Assembly (NCBI GenBank): GCA_001643675.2
Contig: LSRY02000027.1
Span: 248,001-312,000, forward strand
DNA length: 64,000 nucleotides
Origin: Monocercomonoides exilis PA203
Taxonomy: Eukaryota > Protista > Preaxostyla
Direction of reading: 5' to 3'
The position numbers were made by a program, and so were the translations under genes. The notes under the pieces are model-generated. The model searched no databases. It was given only the letters and a program-made list of their open reading frames with translations, and had not been told where the DNA came from. Each line of letters begins with the position of its first letter. Position 1 is the stretch's first letter. This document shows positions 11,431-22,987 of this stretch, piece by piece.

Positions 11431-12945
11431 CGGCATAATCCGAATATATCGGTATGCCCAGATTTCTCTGAAACTTCACTGAATATAATAATACATGCTG
11501 AACATAAGCAATATGAGTATGATAAATTGCGTAAACGTGTTTTTGGAGAAAATTATGTAAAAAAAATTTTTTGATCAAAAATAAATATTTTCGAATTTTC
11601 ATTAAAAAAGTGACTGATTTGTTTTAAAAAAGCTTCTAAAATATTAAAAAACATATTTAAATGATATTATTCAAATAAGAATAATATTTAAAGCTCATAT
11701 TCAGAGACACTAGCTCCATCTCCTGCTCCGAAATCTTCATCAGACTCAACATCGCTATCTTCGTTGACAACATCATCCATGTCTGGAATCTCCTCATCTT
11801 CATCAATGATTTCCTCTTTTTCTTCTTCTTCTTCCATTTGAACAGGTTCAATTTCTTTTTCAAAGCACAGATATTTTATTAATTGAATGAACGTAAAATT
11901 AAATGTTGATTTCACCAAAAACAGTGAAAGATTGTCATGCATAAGTCTGATCCTTGTTCCAAATCGAGGGAAAGCGCATCGCAAATGTTGCCATAACCCT
12001 TCAATTGTATTTGTATACGCACCAGTTTCTGTGTCTCTGAAACGTCTTTTGTGGCACACAGTTTGATGCTTATATCCAACTGTTTCTGGTGAAGAATAAG
12101 CACGCCATTCATCGGAAATAATTAATGTTCCAGCTTTAAAGTGTTTCTGGATAATTGGAATCAAAGTTTCCTTTTTTCTGTTTGGCACGACGACCATTAA
12201 CCGTTTCCCCGCTCCACCACCCTCTTATCTTTCCACCCCTCCGAAAATCCACACTTGCTTTTTCTTTCTTCCTCTCCTGTACTTCCGTTTTCGCCAAATT
12301 GCTTCATCAATTTCAACTGTTGTTCACTTGCCTCCAATAACTTGCTGTCTTTCGTTCCATATTTGTGAGCAAGCGCACCGAATCACACTTCCCCAGTTTC
12401 CGACAGTGTCCTTATCAACAGAAAGAAGCAAAGAAATTGTTTTGTTTTGAATCCCCAGCCAGTAATATAAACCAATCAGAAGAGTAACGCCTAGCCCGAT
12501 CTTTATTCTGCTAAAAGATGTTCCTGATAGAATGCTTTTCTTGATCTTGCATTTTGAACAAGCGTATTAGTGATAATTTCTATCATGATATATTTGTTGA
12601 TAGCATCAATGAACTCTGCACATTGGGAGGTTCATGGCTATTATTTCTCTTTTGAACCATTCCCATGTGCTTGTTTCCTCGTAGAAGAGTTTGTTCAGCA
12701 AAGAAATGGTTTCCTCATCATGAAAATCTCGTTCACGTGCCATGATATAAAAAAAAATACGAACCCTCAATACAAATAATTTTCGAAAATTATTATGTGT
12801 GAAAATATTTTTCTTCAACATTTCATTCAAATAAAAAAATTTCCGCGGATTTTTATTTGCAAATTCTTTTATAACAATATATAACAAATCGAAATATAAT
12901 GATTTAAATCAATTTTGGATGTGCCGATATTATCGGATCATGCCG
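11431..12945 (-). mobile_element. Merlin/IS1595(ISXO2)-like DNA transposon, 1515 bp
   Basis: Imperfect ~35-bp TIRs: cggcataatccgaatatatcggtatgcccagattt versus rc cggcatgatccgataatatcggcacatccaaaatt. The flanks tcaactttt / ttaattgtt (6/9) may be an eroded TSD. Contains an ISXO2-type transposase. Confidence 0.85.
11688..12743 (-). pseudogene. ISXO2/Merlin DDE transposase pseudogene (~351 codons, 4 internal stops)
   Basis: One continuous frame: ...IGGK*TTVEIDEAIWRKRKYRRGR..QVWIFGGVER*...VPNRKKETLIPII..GTLIISDEWRAY...VCHKRRFRDTETGAYTNTIEGLW. Stops: TGA 12606-8, TAA 12567-9, TGA 12324-6, TAA 12225-7. Acidic C-terminal tail. Confidence 0.9.
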
Positions 12946-13079
12946 TTAATTGTTCAATTTATATTTATTTACATGTTTTAAAATAAAACATCTATTAAAT
13001 AAAGCAGATACATCTCATTCAAAAATAATATTATTCAAAAAAAAATTTGATAAAAATGAAGAAAAAAGATGAAAAAGCT

Positions 13080-15710
13080 AATACGATTTTAATATGAAGT
13101 ATTTCTTCAAGCGTCTGAATATTGAATGAATATCTTTGATCTCCGAAAATATTTTTCATCCTGGAAATGATCCGTTCACAACTAGCTTCACCACAGGGAG
13201 AAACAATTAATGAAAGGCATTATCCTGAATAAACAGTTTAAATATTTCCGTATGCTGCCAACACTCTGAAATAAATTTCAGGATCGTTTTTGTATAAATC
13301 TTCAGGCTTTGATCTCATCTGTCTTTCAAATAACAGTCTTCAGCCTTCAGAATATTGTTTTTCCATTCCTCCTATGACTGTTTTAGAGCATTTTGCAAAA
13401 TATGCATTCAGTCTTGGAAACCAATCGACAAATAATGCATTTTCAATTTGTTTGATACTCTGGATTTCCTTTTCTTCATTGTATTCCGGAGCAATAGTAA
13501 ATTTGCTTGTTGAAAATATTTCTTCAATTTCCACATATTTTTTTCCTTCGATTCCTGAATAAAGTCCTTCAATTTTCCTATGATCTTCACTGTGGATGTC
13601 ATCTTCCATATTAATGATTTGATTCTTCTGGCAATCATCATGATCCATATCAATATCCATCATTTCCCCATGCGATGTATTCATTGTTTCTAGTGTAGTC
13701 ATGCATGATGGGAAAGTTGAATCATGATCAATAATTGATGGCGTTGAGGAAGAGGAAAAAGATTCATTTGATAAAACATCAGTCGTTGAATATTGTTCAT
13801 TTTCTTTTTCGAATTGAGTTTGGCTTGAACTGCACTGTCAAAACAAAAGATCATACATACCATCAGCAGAATTTTCTTCAGCTTCTGATAATCCATAATC
13901 ATCGCTTTCATAATCATCATCATCACTGTAAAATAGTTTTTCATTTCTCTTCTCATTTATTTCCTGATTATCTTCTTCTAATTGTTAAATCAACGAAAGG
14001 ATATCTTGCAATTCGTTTATTCCTTCTTATAATAATAAAAGTATCAAAATAAAATTTATCATTATCAGAAAAAAGTGTTATCAAACCTGAATGAGTTTTT
14101 GATTTGTTTAAAAATGCAAACGGGAATTGGCATTCATCATCTATCCTGTGAAAAACAAAATAAATAAGAACAATGTGAAAAAAGTTAAAAGAAGAAGAAA
14201 GAAAAAAACAAAAATAACTCATTGGTGTGAAAATCGACAGGATACGGGAAAGGATGAAATAAAGATGAAGCGATCTGTCTGGATTCTGAAGAATAAGTTG
14301 AGGAAGATTGGATTGATGTTTCTGTTTTTTTTCTAAAAATGAAGGTGTTGAAAATTTTCTGAGAGGAAAGAGTTGTTTTCGAACAAGTTGAACAGCGTTT
14401 GGCGTCACAGCATATGAAAGCACTATGTACTCTCCACGCGTTCCAACGAAAAAATAATTACACATCAATATTAAAGAGTTAGTGACGGAATTTCTCCATT
14501 TATCTTCTTTAAATGGATCTTGCTTTTGTTAATAGGAAAAAAGCTCAAAAGCTTTTAACAAAGTAGGGAAAACTTGACTCAATTTGGTGTTATCATTTTC
14601 AAAGTGCATATGAAGCAAATGAAAAGGGAATAAGAACACTTCTACTTTGATGATATCCACAAGGCTGTCCGTGTCTATAAAATTTTCCTTTTGAATGATT
14701 TGATTTTTCTTTCTGATGAATGAAGAAATGTTAGACAGAGAAAGCCATCTTGTTGAGACAAAAGTGGGCGCATGCTTCTTCAGAAGGTTTTTCACTGGAC
14801 GAGTATGGGCCTTTTGAGAAAAATTCAGCATTTTTAATTTGAGATCACAAAGAAATGGGATTTTGATAAAAAAAATATTGACAATCAAATTTGTCTTGAG
14901 ATTGCAGCAATAAACATGAAAGGGAATCAATGTCGGATGCTTCTCGAAAGGTGTCTTTTCACTGCTGACTTGCGTTGATAAATTCTCAATGGCTCTTTTC
15001 TGAGATGACAATCCATCGGTGCAAAAACTCCTGATAACCGTATTGAACTGAGATAATTCTAAATTCAAACTTTTTACAAGTGACTCAAATTCGTTTGAAG
15101 TTCCACATGGAGGATATAACCCCCAGAACAAGGGCTTGCTGTCCAATGATTATTTTGAGATTGTCACAACAGTAATTTTTCGATTACCAACACATGCACC
15201 ATCCAACATGAAACTTACTCCATTGTTCCTAATGCTTGACTGTTTTTCCTTTACCATTTTTGTTTTTTCGTTGAGCACCATGTGTGTAATTTTCTTTCGA
15301 GTCAAATATGGGAATATTGATGTTGATGAAAGCGAAGGACAATTTTGGTCAGCTCTTATTAGCGAAGAAAAAAAATTATTCATTTCTTTCGAAGTAGATG
15401 ATAAAAACGAAGAATTGCATCGACATATCATAGATATAAACTGTTTTTATAATTCTTGTGCATTAAAAGGGCAATCAATTTTAGGAAACAATTTTGTATC
15501 ATTGAAAGATAAATCTTGATCAGGAATCTTTTTGTATCGCGCAATGCTTTGGTATTTCATCAATTCACAGTCGTGTTTTGCTACCACAGAATAACATCTT
15601 CTGCCAGATATCCCACAATCAAATACATCCTTTGCATTTGGACATAGATAATATTTGTGACAATCCTTTTTTGGAATTCCGTTTTCGTCAACAAGAGAAA
15701 AAATAGATCC
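13080..15710 (-). pseudogene. hAT-superfamily transposase pseudogene
   Basis: N-terminal Cys/His cluster, SFMLDG (first D), FCTDG (second D), HVYCCNLK (degenerate CxxH), TRWLS, and C-terminal SPCGEASCERIISRMK (~13150-13200). In-frame TAA stops at 15447, 15150 and 14529. Probable introns in the 3' half. Confidence 0.8.
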
Positions 15711-16077
15711 TCAATAATTCGCCAATAACTTCAAACGAAAGTCAAGAAAGAAATTCTTTTTTTTTTCGAGGATGATTATACACTCATTATTAAGAAAAAC
15801 ACAAAAAAAATTAAATTCCTTGAAAATCATAAAAAAGGAAACAAACCTTGTCCAAATTTTGTTTCACAGTGCTTATTTGATTTCACAATTTGACATCCTG
15901 CATCATGCATTTTCTTTTTTGTCTTTTCGTAAATATCTTTCTTTCAAATAAAATGCAAACTATTTTGTGAGAATTGTTGTGAGATTTGAGCAAACAAAAA
16001 AACGTTACATAAACATTCTTGTAATTCCTTTGGGAAGTTTTCATTTTCCAGGTCTTCTTCCAACTCTAACATTTTAT

Positions 16078-16349
16078 GTGACTTGACGAAACGACAATGA
16101 CTTCAGTGACGTTTCAAAATTCCGATTTTGACTTTCGCGTCAGAAAAAAATAATAACGTTTAATTTGATGAGATATATTATCGAAATTTAATTTGTTATT
16201 GTATTAAAACACAAACAATGTTTTTGAAAATTATTGAATAATTGTAAAGAAACACTTAAATTATTCAATAATTATTTCTTATCACGTTTAAATAAGCATC
16301 ACGTCCGTCAAAAATCGAAAAGCGCACGTCAGAAGTCACCAAGTCACCC
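16078..16349. repeat. Small imperfect inverted-repeat element (MITE candidate)
   Basis: Left gtgacttg..tgacttc..tgacgt..cgattttgac matches the rc of right gtcaaaatcg..acgtcagaagtca..caagtcac. The interior is AT-rich. Confidence 0.5.
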
Positions 16350-16729
16350 AGGGCTACATTTGATAACCTTTTTGCGATCAAAAAATATGAAAAAATCGGG
16401 ATTATTCTTTAAAAAACAAATGAGTTCACAAAATTTTTTGTTATCATGTCAATGATGTTTGTTTACAGATGTGAAAATCAAATATATTTTGAAATCTGGT
16501 TAAGTTTAAAAATGTAATGAGTGAAACAACTTTTTCATGCTTAATGCAAAAATTGCTTGAAAGTCCGTATTTTCACCCATTTTAATAAAATAAACTCTTT
16601 TAAATTATTACATACACCAAAAATTTTTCAATATGAAAATTTTTGCAATCGAGATAACAATTTTGCAAACGAATTAGCGGTGATTTTTTTTCCCAAAATA
16701 TTTTATGAACTCATAATTATCTATTTTGA

Positions 16730-18230
16730 TCAAATATCCGCTTCTGACTGTTCATAATTTTATTGTTCAAGAAATACAACGATTTCAAAAATATCACGAG
16801 AACAAAAACTTCGAGACGTAAAACTTTCTTTTGAAGTTAGAAACGCCAATTCATTGTTCGAAAGAATTATTGCTGCTCTTGATGCTTATCCACAGAAGGT
16901 TTGTTTGATATCAGAAGCGTAACACATTACGACCCAAAAAATTTATAGTGCTGAAAGATGTTATTGCACCGGACAAACTTGGAACGAAAAGGAAGTTCAC
17001 ACAAGGCCTTGTTTGCTTAACTTCGAGGGTGAAGAAAATGTGCTGAATATTATTCATGAAAAATATCAACAACATGATGGAATGACAACTCAAGAATTAA
17101 GTGAAATCATTTATTCGGAAATGCAAAGGCAAAATCTGAAATCATTAAGGATGTCTCTCTACTTTGGACTTAGTCCTGTTATCAAGCATTTTGATAAACA
17201 ACTTGTGCCGCCTTCTCCAGCATATGTGTCCGGATTCATTTCGAGGCACAAGCTGAAAGTACTCTCTCCCACTAATATTACTCCAGCCAAATTGAATTCA
17301 GCATTCATGCCAAACATTAGAGCATGGTTCTATTTTATGTTCAACAAAGACATCAAGCCATCTATCAACAAATTTAATATATTTAACACAGACGAATGGA
17401 ATGCTGATTTTTGCTCTTCCCAAAAATTAATCGTACCAGCCGAAGCCAAAAGAGCACCTGCTTCCACAGAAGATTACTCTAATAATCATATATCAATAAT
17501 GACCACCATTGGACCATCTTGCATAAAGCCTCCACCATTTATCATCATTTCTGCCTTGAAAACGGTTCCTCCTGAACTTTTGGAGTACAAAAAAGCAGGT
17601 TCATGCGAAACCCACGTCAATGCATCAGGATGGATGGACAGAAATGCTTTCTTCTGTTATGCCGTTCATTTCTGCTCATGGGTAACAATTTGCAGGTCGC
17701 TTGGAGTTATTCCCCGCAATTCTCCTGTTTTTTTAATTCTTGATGGTCATCCATCTCGTCTTTGCTCTTCGGCTTTGGTTTTATTTGCAAAATATTTTAT
17801 TTTCGTTTTCACTCTGCCTGGTAATTTGGTTCACATATTGCAACCTTTTGATGTTGGAATTGCTTGTCCACTTCGAAACGCATTCAGAAAGCTGACGAGG
17901 AGAAGAAAAATTAAATGGGTGGATGAGCACAATGATGGACAAAAAATCAAATCCACTGACAGAAGAAAATAAATCGTTGAGTGTGCAATTGATACAGAAA
18001 AAACTGCAATATCTTTCCTGAATAAGGAGAACGCATTCAAGACAACTGGATTGTTCCCAATCAATTCAGAATTCTTGGTTTCAAATCCGTATGTTTCTGA
18101 TGATACAGAAGACCCTTAATATCCAGAAAAGATTCGGACAGGAGAATATGAAGTTCCTTTAAAATGGTTAACAAGACCAAGTTTTATTTTTTCACTTCAA
18201 AAAAGAGAAATGGAAAAAAGAAAAAAATAA
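16730..18230 (+). pseudogene. pogo/Fot1-like (DDE_1) DD35D transposase pseudogene
   Basis: Motifs IFNTDE, SGWMD, LILDGHPSR, LPGNLVHILQPFDVGI (35 residues between the 2nd and 3rd D) and AFKTTGLFP. One frame throughout, with TAA stops at 16755, 16920, 17970 and 18117. TIRs not found. Confidence 0.88.
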
Positions 18231-18310
18231 ATTATTTCACTAAATAAATGATCGAATAAGATCATTATGAATTATTGAATCGTTTTGAATAAAAAACACG
18301 ACGCTAAAAC

Positions 18311-18750
18311 ATTTTTCATTCAAAATAATAATTTTTCATTCAAATTAATAATTTTAGCGTTCGAAATAAAAATATCTTTTATTTTAACAGAAATAAAAAT
18401 TATTTGAAATTAAAAAAATTTCAGGAAAAAATTATACTTTTCAAAAAATTTTTTAACTCACATGAAATAAAAACAACATAAAATAATTTCTGATTCAAAA
18501 GTGAAAAAATATTTTTCTCAATATTTCGAGAGAAAGTTAACAAAATTTTGTAAATTTATAAACAATTATTAATTTGAATGCAAAAATTATTATTTTGATT
18601 GAAAAAATTTTCATTTTGAATGAAAAAAATTTTAATTTGTTTGTTAATTTTCCATTTTGAACGCAAAAGTTCTCATTTTGTTTGCAAAATTATTGATTTG
18701 AATGCAAATCTTATTTTTTTGAATGCATAAATTCTCATTTTGATTAATTT
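18311..18750. repeat. Inverted arrays of a degenerate 20-21-bp unit (foldback-like)
   Basis: Three units atttttcattcaaaataata (18311-18370) face nine inverted units like attattaatttgaatgcaaaa. The anchor G lies at 18576, 597, 618, 639, 659, 680, 700, 721 and 742. Confidence 0.75.
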
Positions 18751-18835
18751 TTTGTGTATTAATCAAAAATCGAAAAATTCATATTTCGCTGTTAACAAAA
18801 TATTTTTATATTTACGACAAAAAACAAAACCAATT

Positions 18836-18836
<1 letters not shown>

Positions 18837-18873
<37 letters not shown>
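18837..18873. repeat. T37 homopolymer
   Basis: Direct reading of the sequence. Confidence 0.95.
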
Positions 18874-18874
<1 letters not shown>

Positions 18875-19364
18875 TTACCGACAGTAACAAAAAATCGCTT
18901 GTCGTGTCGCATATGTCTAATTTGTTCTCCAACATAAATAAATAAATAGCGAACCTTTTCATTCAAAAAAAAAAAAATCTAATATAGGGAAAAAAATATT
19001 GCACAAAGAACTTCTTTTATTTAGACGAACTGAAACCATGAAACGAGAAATCAAGATTTAAAAAAAAGGATGTGATTTTATTTTGTTATGCATTTTTAAA
19101 TCTTCATTTTTGAGAAAAATTTTTAAACAGATATTTGTTTTGAAAATTCTATAAAAAAAGATAATAAAATGTTCATGAAACACAATAAATAAAACATATT
19201 ATGAATTGTGCAAAAATTTTTGTCGTTTGAATGTTCAAAGTTAAAGTAATGGCCAGAGATCATACTTTCGTTTTTTCTGAATTATCCAGAGGGTTTACTG
19301 AACAATCTGAATTTTAATTAAAAATTTGAAAAATAAATTTATATATAGTTTATATTATTAGGTG

Positions 19365-22117
19365 ATGCAACCTTTGCCGAATTCTGATAAGCGAGAAAAT
19401 GGTAAACTTTTAAAGAATTTCACATCTTTTAATAAAAAGAAGTGGATCATTTTTGGCGTTGCATTATCTTTTCTTTTTTGCATAACTTTGACTACACGCA
19501 TTTATCCTCGCGAAATCATGAATACAACTCGTTTCACTGTGATATTTGAAGCAGGTTCAACACATACATCTGTAAACATTTACCAATGGGAGTATCCTTT
19601 CAAGAATTTTCATGAGTATGCCCCAAGTATGGAAACATCACCAGGAATTTCATCATTTGCCAATAATCCTTCGGCAATTGAACAAAATCTTCGGTTTGCT
19701 TTTTTTATTAATTTGTTCATTTAAGAAGCCTTGCTCTTTTAATTAGCCCACTTGCAGATTATGCAAATTCTGTACTTCCAGAGAAGCTTTCGCAGCCTGC
19801 ATATGCATATTTGAAAGCTTCTGCAGGAGTTCGTTTATTGAAAGATGAACAACGGCAAGCCGTTCTGTCATCGGCGAGAAATTTTTTACTTGGATATCGA
19901 AGAGACAGATTTTATAGCAAACCAGAATGGACCAAAGTTATTTCCGGAAAGGACGAAGGTACTTTCGGATGGATCTCTCTAAATTACCTATTAGGTACGT
20001 TTAATCACTCACTTTCAACAAGGAATCAACAGTCACACAAAAAGTTGAGGAATAATATTTGTCCTTCATATCCTCCATCATATTCTGTGATTGACTTAGG
20101 AGGAGGTTCAATGCAAACAGTATTTGAACTTCCTAAAAAAACACCAGTTTTACTTCGATTGAAGGATGTAGTTGAGCTTCATCTTTTTGGTCGCACGTTC
20201 AGACTCTTTTCGCGAAGCTGGAACGAATATGGAAGAGAAGTTATGCTTGAGAAGCTGCTTAAAGAACTAACAATCAGCGAGCTCAACCAACCTGTTGATT
20301 TAAAGTCAGAAGTACTGACCTTCAAATCTGAAAGATCAACACCAAGCGAAATGGAGTTTGCATCGTCGACTCTTCCGCAATCTTCTGTTGGCACAGATGT
20401 TCAACTTATCTCTTTCCCATGCGCCCCGTTGGGTGTCACTTATATCTCCTACTTGTCGTCGTCTCAACTCGACAAAGCTTCAGCTATTTCCACAGACATA
20501 TCCACCTCCTACAAAAAGGCGCAGGTCGCCAGACTTGTTGGAAAAGGGAATTACAGCCAATGCCAGCAAATGATGCGCGAATTTAACATTTTCTCCTTTA
20601 AAGAAGGATGCATCGGAGAAGGCAAAAAGAGAAAGTTGAATGTTTCGAAAGTTCTGGAAGACTCAGAAAAGGCAAGGCAACATTCAGAAACTGCTGCTTC
20701 GACTTCTGCAAGCAAAGGCACTGAAACGACAAAGAATGGACAACTCGCCGAGTTGGATCACTCTTCACATCACTCTTCATTCACTCCATTTATTACACAT
20801 CCCTATGACTCTCTTTACACTTCATCAGCTGCTCCTTCAAACAAAGATTCTTCTCCTTCTTCTCCATCCGCCTCTGCTTCATCGTCCTCTTCTTTTTCGC
20901 CTCTCTCGCACTGCTCTCTCAACGGCGCTCTTCTCCCAACATTCCCGTCTGAGACGCCAATCATCGGAATCTCGAATTTCGGGTATGTGTTCAACACCCT
21001 CCTCCAAGTTCATCGAAAGCAGTCATCTTCTAACCTTTCATTGAAATCTTCCATTCTATCGAAACTGGAAACACCAAATGAAACTTCTTCTTCTGTTCTG
21101 AATGAAAGGAGCCGAATGCAGCCACCTGACACGCCCCTGGAGAGGTCTGCTTCCTCGCTCGAGTCATTCACGAAGTCTGCGATGGGCTATTGTTCTCTGT
21201 CAGCTGATCAGCTGGCACGTTATCTACCAGAGCAGAGGGGACACCGCGAAGGATACTGTTTTTCGGCTGCTCTGATTGGGACGCTGCTGGTTGATGGGAT
21301 TAACGTCGGGAGTAGCCATTGGACATCAACTGATGAATCTGAGTTCAGTCCTTTGATTTCGCCTGTGGAGTCAGATGAAAGAGTCAATGCCACAACTTAC
21401 TTGAATGGAACTGAAGTGCATCAACCATATCCTTCATCACAGAGCAGTCATCAGCATCAGGATGTATTTGTTCAGTCACCTCAATCACACTCCTCCGTCC
21501 ATATGATGACGTCGCTGTATCACCAAAATGATGCCAACTGGCCTCTTGGCGCTGCCATTTACGAGGCGCACTTGCTGAGCAAGGGAGACATTTTCGGCCA
21601 ACATGGAAGTTCAGATGAAGAGGCAGGCTATTCTGGGAGTGATGTTGAGGAGGGATCGTTGAACGACTCTGGCGAAACAGATAGAGCAGGCGAGGAAGAC
21701 ACAGAACTATATGAAGGAGAAGCGGGAGAAGAAGCAGACGATGAAGACGAATACGAAGAGGAGTTTGAAGATGAAGAGCGCATGAATGGCTGGAGGCATG
21801 CACACCATCATGGCACAATGGCACAATTTCAAATGCACCACGCCACAAGACGGGGAGACTTTGAATTCTATCACAGCAGGCACCATGGGAATTCCGCACA
21901 ATCAAATGCGAATGGCTTCATTAACCACACACCTTTTCCCTTCATCAGTTTATTCGTCAGTGCTTTGGTCGTGTTCTTTTTGGCGTCTCTTGCTGGAAGC
22001 TGTGTTGTGCAGTGGTTCTTTGAGAGAGACAACATTCAGAGAAAACTGGCTGGAGTAGAGAGGAAGAAAAGAGACTCCCCAAGCGACGATGATCTCGAGT
22101 GTGGAGCTTCTTCGTGA
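19365..22117 (+). CDS. GDA1/CD39-family nucleoside phosphatase (NTPDase/apyrase), 2 exons
   Basis: Apyrase conserved regions VIFEAGSTHT, ASAGVRLL, ISGKDEGTFGWISLNYLLG, DLGGGSMQ and WPLGA. N- and C-terminal TM helices. Intron 19694-19746 (GT-AG) restores the frame. Confidence 0.9.
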
Positions 22118-22987
22118 TGAAACGCATTTTTTTACTGGTGTTGTTTATTTTTTGAACAGTCACTCGATTTTTTTCTGTTTTTGATTTGTCACAAAAATTA
22201 TTTTTTTCTATTTGTGTTTTTTTTTTGAGTAATCACATGGAATAGTTATTTTTTTATTTTAGAATAAATTCCTTTAGATATCTTCTGTTGTTATTATTTG
22301 TTATTTTTTAAATATTTTTTCTAAATTTGAAAGTTAAGTCAAATTCATTTTTGCTGTTTTTATAAAAATGTTTGCTCGTCATTCACCTTTTCGTTTACTG
22401 ATGTTTATTTAAATACAATTCTTCAATTGATGCAATTGATGAGTTGTTAGTCCTCAATAATCATCGGCTTTATTCATTTTGCAACGATAGTTGCAGAAGC
22501 TTCATTTGGTAATAATTTATTTGGCAATGAGTCATTTGTGATTCATTTGAAAGAGAAAATAATAATAACTTTTCTCTTCTCTCTCTCTTTTTTTAATTGG
22601 AAAGACTTGATGTTGTTATGAGACATCTTTCTTTTTTTCATTTTCACTTATCAGTTTAAGCGTTTTGTGTTCCATCTAACTGTTAATGAAGTGAAAGTAT
22701 TTAGCTTTTAAATTTGAAATATTTCATTTAATTCGAGTCACATCAAAAGGTTATTGCTAAACAGATAAGGAGAGATTCCGAACTAAAATTCAATTTGTGA
22801 GAAAACAAAATTCAAAGAATTATGATGTGGATTTGGACATGTAGAGATGAAATGCCACATAAATTGAAAATGCAAATGCATGAAAGATACCATGGAGGAT
22901 GAGGTGAAATGATTTTTAAATCAACAAAGGCTGAATGCCTCAGATTGAATTTATGTGAATTGGTTGAGAATTCCATGGCCAGCTTAA

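Larger units (their letters stand above)
11325..16068 (-). mobile_element. Putative hAT DNA transposon (boundaries tentative), interrupted by a Merlin element
   Basis: CAGAGTTGAA at 11325 and TCCAACTCTA at 16059-16068 (rc TAGAGTTGGA) form an 8/10 inverted pair around a hAT transposase pseudogene. No clean 8-bp TSD is visible. Confidence 0.4.

Noticed and set aside
18311-18750. CRISPR-like array
   Set aside because: Degenerate tandem 20-21-bp units with no unique spacers, no cas genes, and a eukaryotic context.
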